Source of the DNA: the human T2T-CHM13v2.0 reference genome, Homo sapiens
Direction: 5' to 3' (one strand)
DNA length: 64,000 nucleotides
Assembly (NCBI RefSeq): GCF_009914755.1
Contig: NC_060934.1
The notes under the pieces were generated by a model. It made no database searches. It saw only the letters and a program-made list of their open reading frames with translations, and was not told the origin of the DNA. This document shows, one piece after another, positions 28,791-42,370 of this stretch. Positions within the stretch are counted from its first letter, which is position 1. Each line of letters begins with the position of its first letter. Position numbers and translations under genes: made by a program.

Positions 28791-31700
28791 GAGCGAAAAT
28801 AAGAACTACAGAGCAAGATTACTTGAGGTTTTTTGTTGTTGTTAACCCGAATATTAAATAATGCCAGATTTTTATTGAAGGGGAACAGAAATCTGTCTGT
28901 GCATCATTGATTTTCTAGTTTCGGTACTTATGTCAAAATACTAGGTGAAAAGTTGATTGCCAGAGTAAATTTTGTTTCGTGCAAGTTAGAAAGGAAATAA
29001 CCATTCTGTAGAAAGCCTGCTTTATCAACATTTCTAAGCGAACTTGTAGGGCAAAGTGACCGGGTATATTTAGATAAATTTTTGGCAGGCATACCAACTA
29101 TTGAAGGTTTACCCTGACTATCATTTCTTAATACTGTGTAGAAACATTGGATCTGGTATACTTATGATTCCCCAAATTTTAGCTACATCACTAGAGGAAG
29201 GTCGGAGTCAGTGGATCCCAAGTATGTGAGTACAATGTGCAGAAGCTTACAGAAAATATAAAATTATAGTTCAACCTTCAAAAATTATAGTTTTGAAGAG
29301 TCAGCAGTGGAACACAAAGCTAGCATTTGACTCAAAGTCCCAATTTCTTATCTTCATACTCAAGAAACTTAACGTTTTCACCAAGTCCCACTTACTGCAT
29401 GCTATCTCGTCATTCTTTCCCTTATGAAGACTCACATTCTCAAGCCAAATTATTCTCTGTCCCCTTAAACTTCCACCCTTATGGTCGTTTCTGTTTTATC
29501 TGCTTGGTACTGTCTTCTTTAATATTTCTACATGGCCAACTTCTTCTATTCCTTTGTAAAATGTAAATTGGATGCTCCTATTTTGCTACTTGCCTCAGTA
29601 TAAAAAATTTTGATGCCTTCTGAATACCCTAATTACTTGCACAGTGTTCAACAATGCACAGTTACTACCTATTTAATCCCCAGCACTTCTTCCTGTTCAG
29701 GTAGCAAACCCTTTGAGACAAGTAGTAGCTACTTTTAAATCATCTCATTGCCTCCCAAAGTGGGGTTTTTTAAAATGTGGTTGATGTAAGGAAATGTATA
29801 TAAATATATATTTATATTAGTGTATATATAATAGAATATAAATATTTATGGAATGAATAAATATTTAAAAACTAAGATGGAATGTGAAAAGTATAGGAAA
29901 TAGAACTGTAAGGTAACACAATAATTAGGATCCCAGATACAAATATATAATGGTTGCTGTATCTCAGTAACACAGAAAAGTTATGTAATGAAGATGACAA
30001 TGAGTGAAGATCAGGAGAGGTTTGCTCATCTTACATCTGGGAATGAATAAGGGTGCCCCGAAAAGCTGTATGGAAAAGGTAAGTTTTCTGCTGGCTTTTA
30101 AAGCAGACAAGCATTGTTTATTATACTTATATGGAATACTTACCACCATCGGAGGTTATACAAACTTTTAAACTAATTGTATTAGGTAGATTTCAGATTA
30201 TCAACAGCTTTACTATGCAAAGGACTAACTTGATTGGCAGATTTAATTTTTTAGAATAATCAGTTTTCCTGAAGACAGAATTCCTTCCTTGTTTCTGTTA
30301 CTGTATTTAGTGACCAACTCCTGCTGAGAATTACAACCTTCTCATTACATATATTTCTATGAGTATGAGTTCATTCATTTAAGCAGTTTTGTGATAGTGA
30401 ACTTTTTTACTATAATATGTTGAATGCTTATGGATCTAAAATAAACCAAATTTTAGAGATCTAACCAAAGTTATTTTTAGAAAAGAAAAATATTATAAAT
30501 GTAAAATAGTTGCATTGTATTTTTATAGCTATGCTTTCTGCCAAATCACTAAGATATATTAATTTTTTAAAAGGGAAGTGTGGTTATAACAAACAAGAAA
30601 TGCCAGCAACTTAAAAATAACTTTTTTAGTAACAGAAAACCCAGGTCTCTTTAACCAACATTATAGGGGTTAGAAAAGGAATGCCAGTTATGCACTAAGG
30701 TTTACATATTTTCAAATGTAGCAGTAAAGATGAATGCTATTAATAATTATATGTTATCTTGTGCCATCAGAAAGAAAATAAATGTCTTATAAAAACCATG
30801 CTAAAAACACATACAAATTTTATGCTATTTTCACAATGCTCAATTGTATCTTTTTTTTTTTTTAGTGAAGCCTTAAGACTGCATATTTAAAGTAATGAAG
30901 TTTGGTAATTTATCTAAATAACTTAGTTCTTAATCATCCAGAAAGTAATGGTAAAATATTTAATATATTTATGTGAAGTGGCTAGGCAATTTTAAGTCTA
31001 TAAATCTAATGCTATACAGATGTTACTATATCTATTCTATTAAATATAAATCTATTTATATGCAACAAAAAATAAGTTTAACATTGACCATTACATAGAA
31101 AACACCATTATATAATAAATAGGCAGCCAGGATACTTCATGTATAAAAATCCATGAAATTTGTTAAGCTATTGGATATTTTTTCTCACACTAATCAGATA
31201 CTTATTTAAGTAGCTTATTTTGTGTAATTTTTTTAAGAATGGTCCTCTGAGTCCAGTGTGAAGTCAGGTTCATTTGACAATATAATAATTGGATTTGCTT
31301 ATTATGTTCCTGGTCATTCCTGCCACAGTAGACTCCTTTGTACAAGCAACATTAATCATTTAAAAAAGCTGAAAGTTAGAAAGTTAATTAAAGGATTTAT
31401 TACAGACTCTTAATTTGTCCTAATGAATTGAACCACCATGAAACTTTATTAATTGCAGTTGAGGAGTAACACCTGGATATTTTTCCTCATGCCTTTGGTC
31501 TAATAAAATCTGTTATCTCTGATTAAATATGTCAGTTTCTTTGAATTATGAAAGAAGGAAAATGGGATTTTATTCATACAGAAGGTGGAGAAAAGTGGGA
31601 CAAGGAGCTCAGCAGGTGATATTTCAGCTTTAATTCTAAGTCACAAGACCATGAAGAATGATGTGAACTTGAGAAGCATACACCTTAACTCACCCTGTAT

Positions 31701-32451
31701 AGAAATACATGGTATTTGTGCCAAATTAAAATCCATATGGTTATTTTTTTAAAAATCTTCCATATTATCTACATGTAGGGGATAATTTTCCTTAAATTTC
31801 AAATTTGATATATTGAATGACCACATATGCTTTGAAAAAATGAAACCAAGAAAAGGAAACTCTTTACATCATGAAGAGATATAAAAATTATTTGCCTCAA
31901 TTAGATTTAGTAGGACAATGAAATGTGAGAGCCTGGGGAACATTGCATGGTCCTGAATTTGCTGTATATAGTTTATATGATAAAATGAAAAGTAGACTCT
32001 GATGTTTCTGGGGTGAATTCAGAGCTCTGAAGTTTAACGAGTATTTAGAATAAAAATCGCATTCTTTCAAACAGAGAGAGTAAAGGAGTGGATTGAAGCA
32101 TGGGGCCATTAACTCAGCCTTTACTTCTCAGAGCCTGGGAGAGTCTGATGATATGTATTCAGACATCCGTGTAAGAACACGTGAGGTGGTGAAGCAACAC
32201 AACAGGCATACATCAGACTCTGACGCACAATCATATTGAGACCTGGGCATATTAAAAATGTGTAGAAGTCATTATTCACCTTTCTGTATTGTGCCTACTC
32301 AAATATCTACCCATCCATCTATCCACGTATCCAACAAGTGTCTCTACTACAACCACGGGCCATGAAGAAAGAGGCCTCTGAAATTCTGGAATATCAGATA
32401 TCAGGCTAAGTCTCCTATTTGCAGGGTGACTTCCTAGACCTGTGGGAAAAT

Positions 32452-32452
<1 letters not shown>

Positions 32453-32510
<58 letters not shown>

Positions 32511-32813
32511 GACAGAGTCTCGCTCTGTTGTTCAGGCTGGAGTGCAGTGGTCCGATCTCGGCTCACTGCAAACTCCGCCCCGCCTCCCCCACCCCCGCCC
32601 CCGCCCCAGTTCAAGCCATTCTCCTGCCTCAGCCTCCTGAGTAGCTGGGATTACAGGAGCGCGCCACCATGCCTGGCTAATTTTTTGTATTTTAGTAGAG
32701 ACGGGGTTTCACCATGATGGTCAGGCTGGTCTCAAAAACACCTGACCTCGTGATCCACCTGCCTCAGCCTCCCAAAGTGCTGGGATTACAGGCGTAAGCC
32801 ACCACACCCAGCC
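32453..32813 (-). mobile_element. Alu (AluS-type) with dinucleotide tail and internal C-rich expansion
   Basis: Full dimer; TSD gggaaaata (32444-32452, 32814-32822); tail replaced by (CA)n(TA)n on the + strand. Confidence 0.93.
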
Positions 32814-33296
32814 GGGAAAATATATTTTCAATACAAGGTGGGAATTGCAAAGAATACTAACTTCTGGGATATAGCCTAAGTGAGCAGAGGGATTATTTTG
32901 AGTTGGAAATAAGTAGGAAACTGTTTAATGGTTGGAGAAGAGGGATGCTTTTTATTGAGTGAAATGTATCCATTGGGTGCTTTATTGGCAGTAAAACATG
33001 AGTAATAATTCTTACCAGCAATATGGTCATTAGTGTTAAAAGAGATCGTGTGTGCAGACTAGGTAGGACTAGCCAACACGATGCCAGAAGAAGTAGGGAG
33101 TCAGACGAGAATGGACTAATGCCCAGGGTGGGTTATGTAATCCCCTGACTCCCTGCTGCTGCATCCTCTGCAACCCTTTACTTGCTCCCAACCTCGTCAC
33201 AATGCTGTTTTGCATAGAGCTATTGCAAAACGTGATTATTAAATTCTTTATTCAGGTACATAAGTTTCAATACATAGTGATTAAACATCTACTCTA

Positions 33297-34092
33297 TGCT
33301 TGTTGGGAACATGTATATCTTCTTTTGAAAAGTGTCTGTTTATGTCCTTTGTCCTCTTTTTAATGGGGATGTATTTCTTTCGTAAATTTAAGTTCCCTAT
33401 AGATGCTGGATGTTAGACCTTTTTCAGACACATTGTTTACAAATATTTTCTCCCATTCTGTAGGTTTTCTGTTTACTCTGTTGATAGTTTATTTCGGCAT
33501 GCAGAAGCTCTTAAGTTGAATTAGATCCCATTTGTTAATTTTTGCTTTTGTTGCGATTACTTTTGGTGTCTTTATCATAAAATCTACCACAAAGACAAAT
33601 GCACATGAATGTTCATTGCAGCACTGTTCACCATAGCAAAGACATGGAATCAATCTAATGCTCATCAAGAATAGATTGGATAAAGAAAATATGGTACACA
33701 TACACCATGGAATACTATGCAGACATAACAAGGAATGAGATCATGTCCTTTGCAGGGACATGGATGGAGGTGGGAGCCATTATCTTCAGCAAACAAACAC
33801 AGGAACAGAAAACCAAATACCACATGTTCTCACTTATAAGTGGGAGCTAAATGATGAGAACACATGAACACAAAGAAGGGAACAACAGACACTGAGGACT
33901 ACTCGAAGGTGGAGGGTGGGAGGAGGGAGAGGAGCAGAAAAAAATAACTATTGGGTACTAGGCTTAGTACGTGGGTGATGAAATAATCTGTACAACAAAC
34001 CCCTATGACATGCATTTACCTTTGTAACAAACCTGCACATGTACCCTCTGAAACTAAAATAAATGTTAAAAAATAAAAAGTAAAAATAAATA
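33297..34092 (+). mobile_element. Old L1PA 3' fragment with 5' inversion (twin priming)
   Basis: Antisense ORF2 piece 33297-~33584 ([16 protein letters not shown] on minus) abuts sense 3' end ~33585-34092 with A-tail; degenerate TSD taaacatctactctat / taaacactgactgtat. Confidence 0.88.
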
Positions 34093-34644
34093 AACACTGA
34101 CTGTATTTTAAGCTGTAGGAACACTAAGACGAATGAATGAGACATTGTTTCTACCCTCCCCAAATGACAGACTCGGAACTTATTCTGTAGATGTGCAGCC
34201 TGGGGTGAGAATGTGGATGAGGGATGAACAAAGAGGGCACAGAAGCTAGGGGAGGCAGTTGTGGAGCACAGTATTATATTCTATTATATTCCGTGTATAT
34301 ACAGGTGAAACTGATATCTCTAGGTGGCTGTTGACTGAAATGCAAAGTTTAACAAACTCTACATGCAATATATTCTCTTTTTTTCTAAAAGAACTCACTT
34401 ATTTAGGAGCACAGTTTCTTCTCAGGTAGATGGGTGGAGTTCTTTTTGCGTCCTTACAACTCTCAGAAAAGAAAATTCTCAAGCCACCCTAATCATTAGG
34501 CTTTGCTTATGCATGAAAAAAAATGAGATGATAAATAAATGAATTATCTAACTGACAAAAGCCTTTTAGCCATTTCAGATATTCATTTAGAATTACCTGA
34601 TATGAGACTTCAACAGCCATTTTTGGTGCCAGCGTTATATATTA

Positions 34645-34782
34645 CACACAAACACACACACACAAATCATACACACACCCCCACACACCCACACATCATA
34701 TATACATACATAAGTGAACTGCCTCTCTACGTGTATATGCATGTACATACACATATGTGTGCTTGTGAATGGTTATATATAT
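34645..34782. repeat. Degenerate (CA)/(TA)/(TG) low-complexity tract
   Basis: Alternating purine-pyrimidine runs. Confidence 0.85.
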
Positions 34783-37246
34783 GAAACCAGAAATTAGAAG
34801 TGATTCCTCTAAAATCTAATTAAGGACAATCCATGGGGTTCAATTGTAAAGCCCTGGAGAAAAAAAAAAGAGAGAGAGAGAAGAAATGTAAGCAATTTCA
34901 CTTGATCTTGACCTTGAGTGTAATTGTTTCTTATGATATGTGAACACGTGAGTACAAATTATTTTACAGATCAAGCAAGAGGAGAAAAGAATAAGAGTTA
35001 TGGACTAACCTGAGGAAATATATGGTGTGTAGATGGAGCAGGGAAAATATGAGGACATCAATTGAGTAGGAAAATGCCAACATCGATGGGGATTGGGCAG
35101 GATGAAGTGTGTTGCAGGATCGCAGCCACTAATCAAGGATACAGTCCCTGGTGACTTGCTTTTCTTCCCTGTCGAATTTCTGCAAGAAGAGGAAGTTTCA
35201 ATAACTCAAATCCATACAGCTCATCACTGCTTCCTTTCAGACAGGAAATAATCTGGGTAAAAAGGATCCTGAAACACTGGCCTCCTCGATGCTTGCAGAG
35301 AATCACTGGCCTCTCCTATTCTGTGATTTGGATGTGACTAGGAGTAATAAAATGGATTTAGTGTGCAAATGCCTCCATCAGCTTCTCCCTTTTTCCCATA
35401 GGAGTATTATCAAAAGTTCTTAAATTCTTTTAAATATATAATAAAAATTGTTTTTGTAAATCAGCATAGGTCTTTACTATTCTGGTGCAGGTTTTCCTTC
35501 TCATATTCTCAACTCCTGCTTACCCTTAGAGATAACGAAGACTACTTTGACACTGAATTCTTTTTTCATTGGTTTTATATATTAAATTTGTCTCTTCAAA
35601 TAGATTATAAGCAGCTTGAAGCTCAGAATCATTTCCTAAGTTTGGCAACCGATTACTGAACATTCTCAGCTTCTCATGTCTTGTACTTGGCATTACGGCA
35701 GAGGCTCCTCAAATAAATAAGATGCTGCTGTAGTTCTCATAATGCCTACCTATATTGATTCTCTTTTGCTAGTTATTTTACAAATGTATTAGAAAAAATT
35801 ATTTGGTTAATTGCTAGCACACCTATATTGTGGATCAGTAGTCAGTATTTGATGAATCTTAATAAAACATATTTTAAAGAAACTACCCAGATAAGCGATA
35901 ATAATAAACTGGGTGTCCTTATCTCTTGAGATATTATAAATAAGTCTTCACTGTTTGATTTCCTTTGACACCAACTAAGAGTTCCTGATTCTGAGCAAAT
36001 GAATAATTATTTCTATATTTTGTATGAAGCCTTGCCCTTCTTACAGCAGTATTTTCTCCCTAAATTAAATGATGAGTTTTGCAGGTGTCTTTTATTTTTT
36101 CTAGAAACGATATAAATTCTAATATGATGTATACATTCATCAGAAACAAAATTATTGTTTGTAGATACCATATTTTCTTTAGGCACTCCTCCATCAATGA
36201 ACTTTTAAGTTACTTCAGTGTCTTGGCTATTGTGAATAATGCTGTGATGACTGTGGGAGTGCAGATATCATTTTAATATTCTGCTTTCAATTCCTTTGGA
36301 GATTATATGTATATACATATATATCCAGAAGTGAGTTCGCTGAATCATAGGGTGGTTGTTTTTCAGTTTTTGAGGACCCTCTATAATGTTTTCTATAGCA
36401 GCTGCACCACTTTCCCACCAATGATGTACAAGAGTCCACTTTTCTCTAAACCCTTGTCAACACTTGCTGTCTTTTGTTATTGTTTGTTTTTCATAATAGC
36501 CATTATAATGGGTATGAGGTGATACCTCATTGTGGTTTTGGTTTGCATTCCCTGGATGATTAGTGATGTTGACGATCTCTTCGTATACCTGTTGGCCATT
36601 TGTATGTTTGGAGAAATATCTACTGAAGTCCTTTTCGCATTTCTTAATTGGGCTATTTGGTTTTTTGCCGTTCAGTTGTAGGAGTTCCTTATGTATTTTA
36701 AATATTAATTACTTATTAAATATAAGGTTTGTAAATATTTTCTCTCATTCCATAGTTTGTTTCTTCATTCTGCTGATTGTTTCCTTTGCTGTGCAGAAGC
36801 TTTTTAGTTTGATGGAGTCTCATGTGTGTATGTTTGCTTTTGTCAACTATGCTTGCTTTTGTCAACTATGCTTTTGGGGTCGCATGCAAGAAATCATTGC
36901 CAACATCAGTGTCAAAAAACGTTTTTCTATGTTTTCTTCTTAATATTTTCATTTCAGGTTTCAAGTTTTAGTCTTCAATTGATTTTGAGTTGATTTGTGT
37001 GTATAGTGTGAGATAAGGATCCAATTTCATTCTTTTGCATGTGAATATTCAGTTTTTCAATACCGTTCACTGAAGACATTGCTTTCCCCATTGATATTCT
37101 TGGTGTCCTTGTTGAAGACGAGTTGAGCATATACCTATGGTTTTATTTCTGGACTCTCTATTCAGTTTCATTGGTCTATATGTCTGCTTTTTATATGCAA
37201 TAAAATATGATCCAGCTTTAATAAAGCAGAAAATTCTGCCATTTTC

Positions 37247-38870
37247 TTTTTTTTGTTTTGTTTTTGTTGTTGTTGTTGTTTTAGTATTTATTGATCATTC
37301 TTGGGTGTTTCTCGGAGAGGGGGATTTGGCAGGGTCATAGGACAATAGTGGAGGGAAGGTCAGCAGATAAACATGTGAACAAGGGTCTCTGGTTTTCCTA
37401 GACAGAGGACCCTGCGGCCTTCCGCAGTGTTTGTGTCCCTGGGTACTTGAGATTAGGGAGTGGTGATGACTCTTAAGGAGCATGCTGCCTTCAAGCATCT
37501 GTTTAACAAAGCACATCTTGCACCGCCCTTAATCCATTTAACCCTGAGTGGACACAGCACATGTTTCAGAGAGCACGGGGTTGGGGGTAAGGTTATAGAT
37601 TAACAGCATCCCAAGGCAGAAGAATTTTTCTTAGTACAGAACAAAATGGAGTCTCCTATGTCTACTTCTTTCTACACAGACACAGTAACAATCTGATTTC
37701 TCTTTCTTTTCCCCACATTTCCCCCTTTTCTATTCGACAAAACCGCCATCATCATCATGGCCCATTCTCAATGAGCTGTTGGGTACAACCCCCAGACGGG
37801 GTGGCGGCCGGGCAGAGGGGCTCCTCACTTCCCAGGCCGGGCGGCCGGGCAGAGGGGCCCCCCACCTCCCGGACGGGGCGGCTGCTGCCCCCCACCTCCC
37901 TCCCGGAAGGGGCGGCTGGCGGGGCGGGGGCTGCCCCCCACCTCCCTCCGGGACGGGGCGGCTGCCGGGCGGAGGGGCTCCTCACTTCCCAGACGGGGCG
38001 GCCGGGCAGAGACGCTCCTCACCTCCCAGACGGGGTGACGGTCGGGCAGAGACACTCCTCAGTTCCCAGACGGGGTCGCGACCGGGCAGAGGCGCTCCTC
38101 ACATCCCAGACGGGGCGGCGGGGCAGAGGCGCTCCCCACATCTCAGACGATGGGCGGCCGGGCAGAGACGCTGGTCACTTCCCAGACGGGATGGCGGCCG
38201 GGAAGAGGCGCTCCTCACTTCCCAGACGATAGGCGGCCAGGCAGAGACGCTCCTCACTTCCCAGATGGGGTGGCAGCCGGGCAGAAGCTGCAATCTCAGC
38301 ACTTTGGGAGGCCAAGGCAGGCGGCTGGGAGGTGGAGGTTGTAGCGAGCCGAGATCACGCCACTGCACTCCAGCAAAAACCAGTCAGGCATGGCGGCGCG
38401 CGCCTGCAATCCCAGGCAGGCTGAGGCAGGAGAATCAGGCAGGGAGGTTGCAGTGAGCGGAGATGGCGGCAGTACAGTCCAGCCTTGGCTCGGCAACAGA
38501 AGGAGACCGTGGAGAGAGAGGGAGAGGGAGAGGGAGACCGTGGAGAGAGAGGGAGAGGGAGAGGGAGACCGTGGAGAGAGAGGGAGAGGGAGAGGGAGAC
38601 CGTGGAGAGAGAGCGAGAGGGAGAGGGAGACCGTGGAGAGAGAGCGAGAGGGAGAGGGAGACCGTGGAGAGAGAGGGAGAGGGAGAGGGAGACCGTGGAG
38701 AGAGAGGGAGAGAGAGAGGGAGAGGGAGAGGGAGAGGGAGAGGGAGAGGGAGAGGGAGAGCTGAACTTTGAAAACAGAAAGTAACTGCCAAAAGGGATTA
38801 TTTAGGGCACAGATTCCCCCCTTTCATTATCCTTTAGGTCCTCAATGGTGAGGGCAGGGGACAGGAGAGG
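37247..38870 (-). mobile_element. SVA retrotransposon (SVA_B/C-like), full length with 5' transduced segment
   Basis: Tail 37247-37283, SINE-R ~37284-37785, GC-rich VNTR ~37786-38285, Alu-like ~38286-38500, CCCTCT domain ~38500-38760, extra 38761-38870; TSD aattctgcc(a/g)ttttc at 37232-37246 and 38871-38885; older-subfamily SINE-R text (ttatagattaacagcatccc, atggagtctcctatg). Confidence 0.96.
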
Positions 38871-39223
38871 AATTCTGCCGTTTTCAGTAACATGAATGAA
38901 CCTGGAGTACATTCATCAAGTGAAATAATTGAGAGCCAGAAAACAAATAATAACTGATGCCACTTATGTGAGGAATCGAAAATAGTCAAACTTACAGAAG
39001 CAGAGCAGGAAATGGTGGTTGTCAGGGGTTGGGGAGAATGTGGAGTTATTAGTCAAGGGGCACAAAGTTTCAGCTATGCAAGATGCCTGAGACCTAGACA
39101 TCGACTCTATAGCACAGTGTTTATAGTTAACAATACTGTATTGTATACTAAAATTTTTTTTATGAGGGTAGATCTTATGTTAAGTGTCATCACAAAAAAA
39201 ATAGTAATATTAAATAAAGACAG

Positions 39224-39522
<299 letters not shown>

Positions 39523-40574
39523 CTTTGGGAGGTAATGGATACGCTTATTGCATAGATTGTGGTGATAGTTTAATGAGTGTCTACTTTTCCCCGAGCTCAT
39601 CAAGTTGTGTTCATTAAATATGTACAGCATTTTGTGTGTCAATCATACATCAATACAGTTGTTTGAAAAAGGAAACAAAACAATCTTTAAGCTGACTATC
39701 AAGTTTCCAAATCCATTTATCTATTGGAAATTATCCCAATTAATTAACTAAAGAGTTGGCAGATTAAGAAGAAAAGCTACTCAATGTTAGCTGGAGCTGT
39801 TTTCTTGGAAAGCAGTTAAACTGTTTCTATCTAATGAAGGGAATCGTCTTGATCTTAACCATATCATTTTTTCCCTCGGTCTCTCTTAGAGTTTCACACT
39901 TGTTCTCCAGCTATCTTTTATGGTCCAAGGTCAAGGGCCAATTTTCAGGACAATGTTCCATGTCATGACCCATCCACCACCACCACCACCACCTTCTCCT
40001 GAAATCAGAGTAGTTCAGGTAGTCCTAGTTAATTGATTTGATGAATATCTTTGCATTGCCAAAATGTAATCAGTGCTTGGCATTTAGCAGGTGAAACCTA
40101 GAGGTTAGCTGAGTTCTTCCCAGTGGAAATCTATTTGAATCAGATTCAACCTCCCATTACGTAGCCTGGGAGGATATATACTTTAAACCAAAGCTCTCCA
40201 GGAATTTTTCTTGTTATAAGGGGAACAGTTCACCTGCCTGGCTTCTGTAGCCATGGATACTCTCTCAGTTTTTATCCTGTGCTCTTTTAGGGGCAAAACC
40301 CTGCCTTCTCACCAGTCTCTACCAGAAGTTATTCAAATTAAACGTCTTATTGTTTTCATACTTTAATTGAAGATATGGACAGTCACAAAATTGGTTTCTT
40401 TGCACACCCACCATAGCCACTTGTAACTACAAAGATGTTCTTCTCTTCGTTCTTTTTCCTACTCCGGATCAAGTAAGTTTCTATCCTCATTTAGTACTTT
40501 CCTTGTCTGAAAAATTGGTACTAGCTAATAACTACATTTTAAAGTGCTATCTGTCACAGCACAGAAGAACGATT

Positions 40575-40810
40575 ATGTAGTATTCTGGATAATAGCATAG
40601 ACTTGGATCCAGATTGTTTTAATTTAAGTCCAGAGCCTGTCATTTACTTGCTGTGTGACATTGGGTAGTCTGCTTAACCTCTCTGTGTCTCACCTGTAAA
40701 ACAACTTCAGGGGTTGTCAGGAAGATTAAATGGATTAACGTACATATAATGCATATGATAGCATCTGGCTTACAATAAGTGCCACAAAAGTATTTACTAT
40801 TATTACTGCT
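40575..40810 (+). mobile_element. MIR SINE
   Basis: agcatagacttggatccagattg...catttacttgctgtgtgacattgggtagtctgcttaacctctctgtgtctc...gaagattaaatgg. Confidence 0.8.
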
Positions 40811-41342
40811 ATTAACATAAACAGACTTATTAAAGTGTCTTCCAAACTCAAATAGTTGAATTAAAAGGGAATCTAATGCAAGCTGCTAAGAAAATATTTT
40901 TTCTGAATGTCAACTATAGAAATTCAAAACATACTTAATGAATAACTAGCTATTACTAACTGGCTTATAATATGCCTTGACTGAAAATGATGAGGCGTCT
41001 GTCATTAGACAGTTTTAAGATATTTATGAACTGACACTGATGAGATTTGGTCTCATTTCATCATTTATGGCATATTATCTCATTTATTTGTGGTGTGTGT
41101 GTGTGTGTGTGTGTTATATGTAACCAAATGCATTTTTCTCTAGAGTGCATTTACCTGAATATATCTTCCCTGCATATTTTTCTTTTTATGTTTATTACAA
41201 CCCTGCAAATACTTAGGACATGTGCTAACTTTCACTAGAACCACATGGACACTGATATTAATAATGTGTCCATAGTCACAAATCCACATTGGTAATAGGG
41301 CTGTGGGCAAAACCTATTTCCAAGGGACTCCACGACTAATTA

Positions 41343-41402
<60 letters not shown>

Positions 41403-41687
41403 TTGAGATGGAGTCTCACTCTTGTCGCAAAGGCTGGAGTGTAGCGGCGTGATATCGGCACTCTGCAACCTCCACCTCCTGTGTTCAAGTGATTCTTCTT
41501 CCTCAGCCTCTTGAGTAGCTGGGATTACAGGCATGCACCACCACACCTGGCAAATTTTTGTATTTTTAGTAGAGACAGGGTTTTGCCATGTTGGACAGGC
41601 TGATCTTGAACTCCTGACCTCAGGTGATCCACTCACGTCGGCCTCCCAAAGTGCTAGGATTACAGGCGTTAGTCACTGCACCTGGCC
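41343..41687 (-). mobile_element. Alu (AluS-type) with (TG)~25 tail microsatellite
   Basis: Full dimer; TSD t(c/t)cacg(a/t)ctaatt; long TG run 41350-41400. Confidence 0.93.
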
Positions 41688-41929
41688 TTCACGTCTAATT
41701 TTTAAAATAAGATCATGCTTCTAGCCAGTTCCTGTCTTTTGTCTATGACTCTAAGAAAGGAATATTAAGCATGTCACAAAGAATAGAATGTGTTTTACTC
41801 ATAGAGTAATGCTATTGGAGTACGTAACAGAGAATATAAATTTGGTGTAATTTTTAATAGGGCTATTAAAATCATTTAAAGTAATATTTTATCTTATTAA
41901 AATCTCAAAATACATACTTTATCAAAATA

Positions 41930-42370
41930 AAAAATAAACTTTCTTTGACCCGGCAATCAAGTATAGTGAAATCTTTATGCAAAGTGATCTTCATTGCAGC
42001 TTTGATTTTAAGAGCAAAAGGCAATGTTATGTAGCTATTCAAAAGAATGTAACAGATCTGTAGGAAGTAACACAGAGATTTACTGATAATATGCTGAGCA
42101 AAAATGATTTCTGCAGAACAGCATGTAAAGTATTATTTTATAGTTTTAAAAAGAATAAAAAGTATGTAAAATACACATGAATATTTATGTAGGGGAGTGA
42201 GGGAGGGTAAGCATCTGTGTGAAGGTTCATGCCTAACCTTTAAACACAGAGACTATCCAGAAACGGGTTAACTATAGAAGAGAGGGGAAGTAGAACACTT
42301 TACTTTTTTTGTTAACGTGCTTTACGGTATTTGAATTTTCAAAAATAAGCATGTATTAATTTTATAATCA
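41930..42370 (+). mobile_element. Ancient L1ME 3' fragment
   Basis: tctttgacccggcaatc...ttcattgcagctttgattttaagagcaaaa...atgtagctattcaaaagaatg...gcatgtattaattttataat. Confidence 0.6.

Noticed and set aside
37755-38791. Long GC-rich ORFs up to 225 aa and RE/GE-repeat ORFs
   Set aside because: By-products of the stop-poor SVA VNTR and hexamer repeats; overlapping in all frames; not genes.
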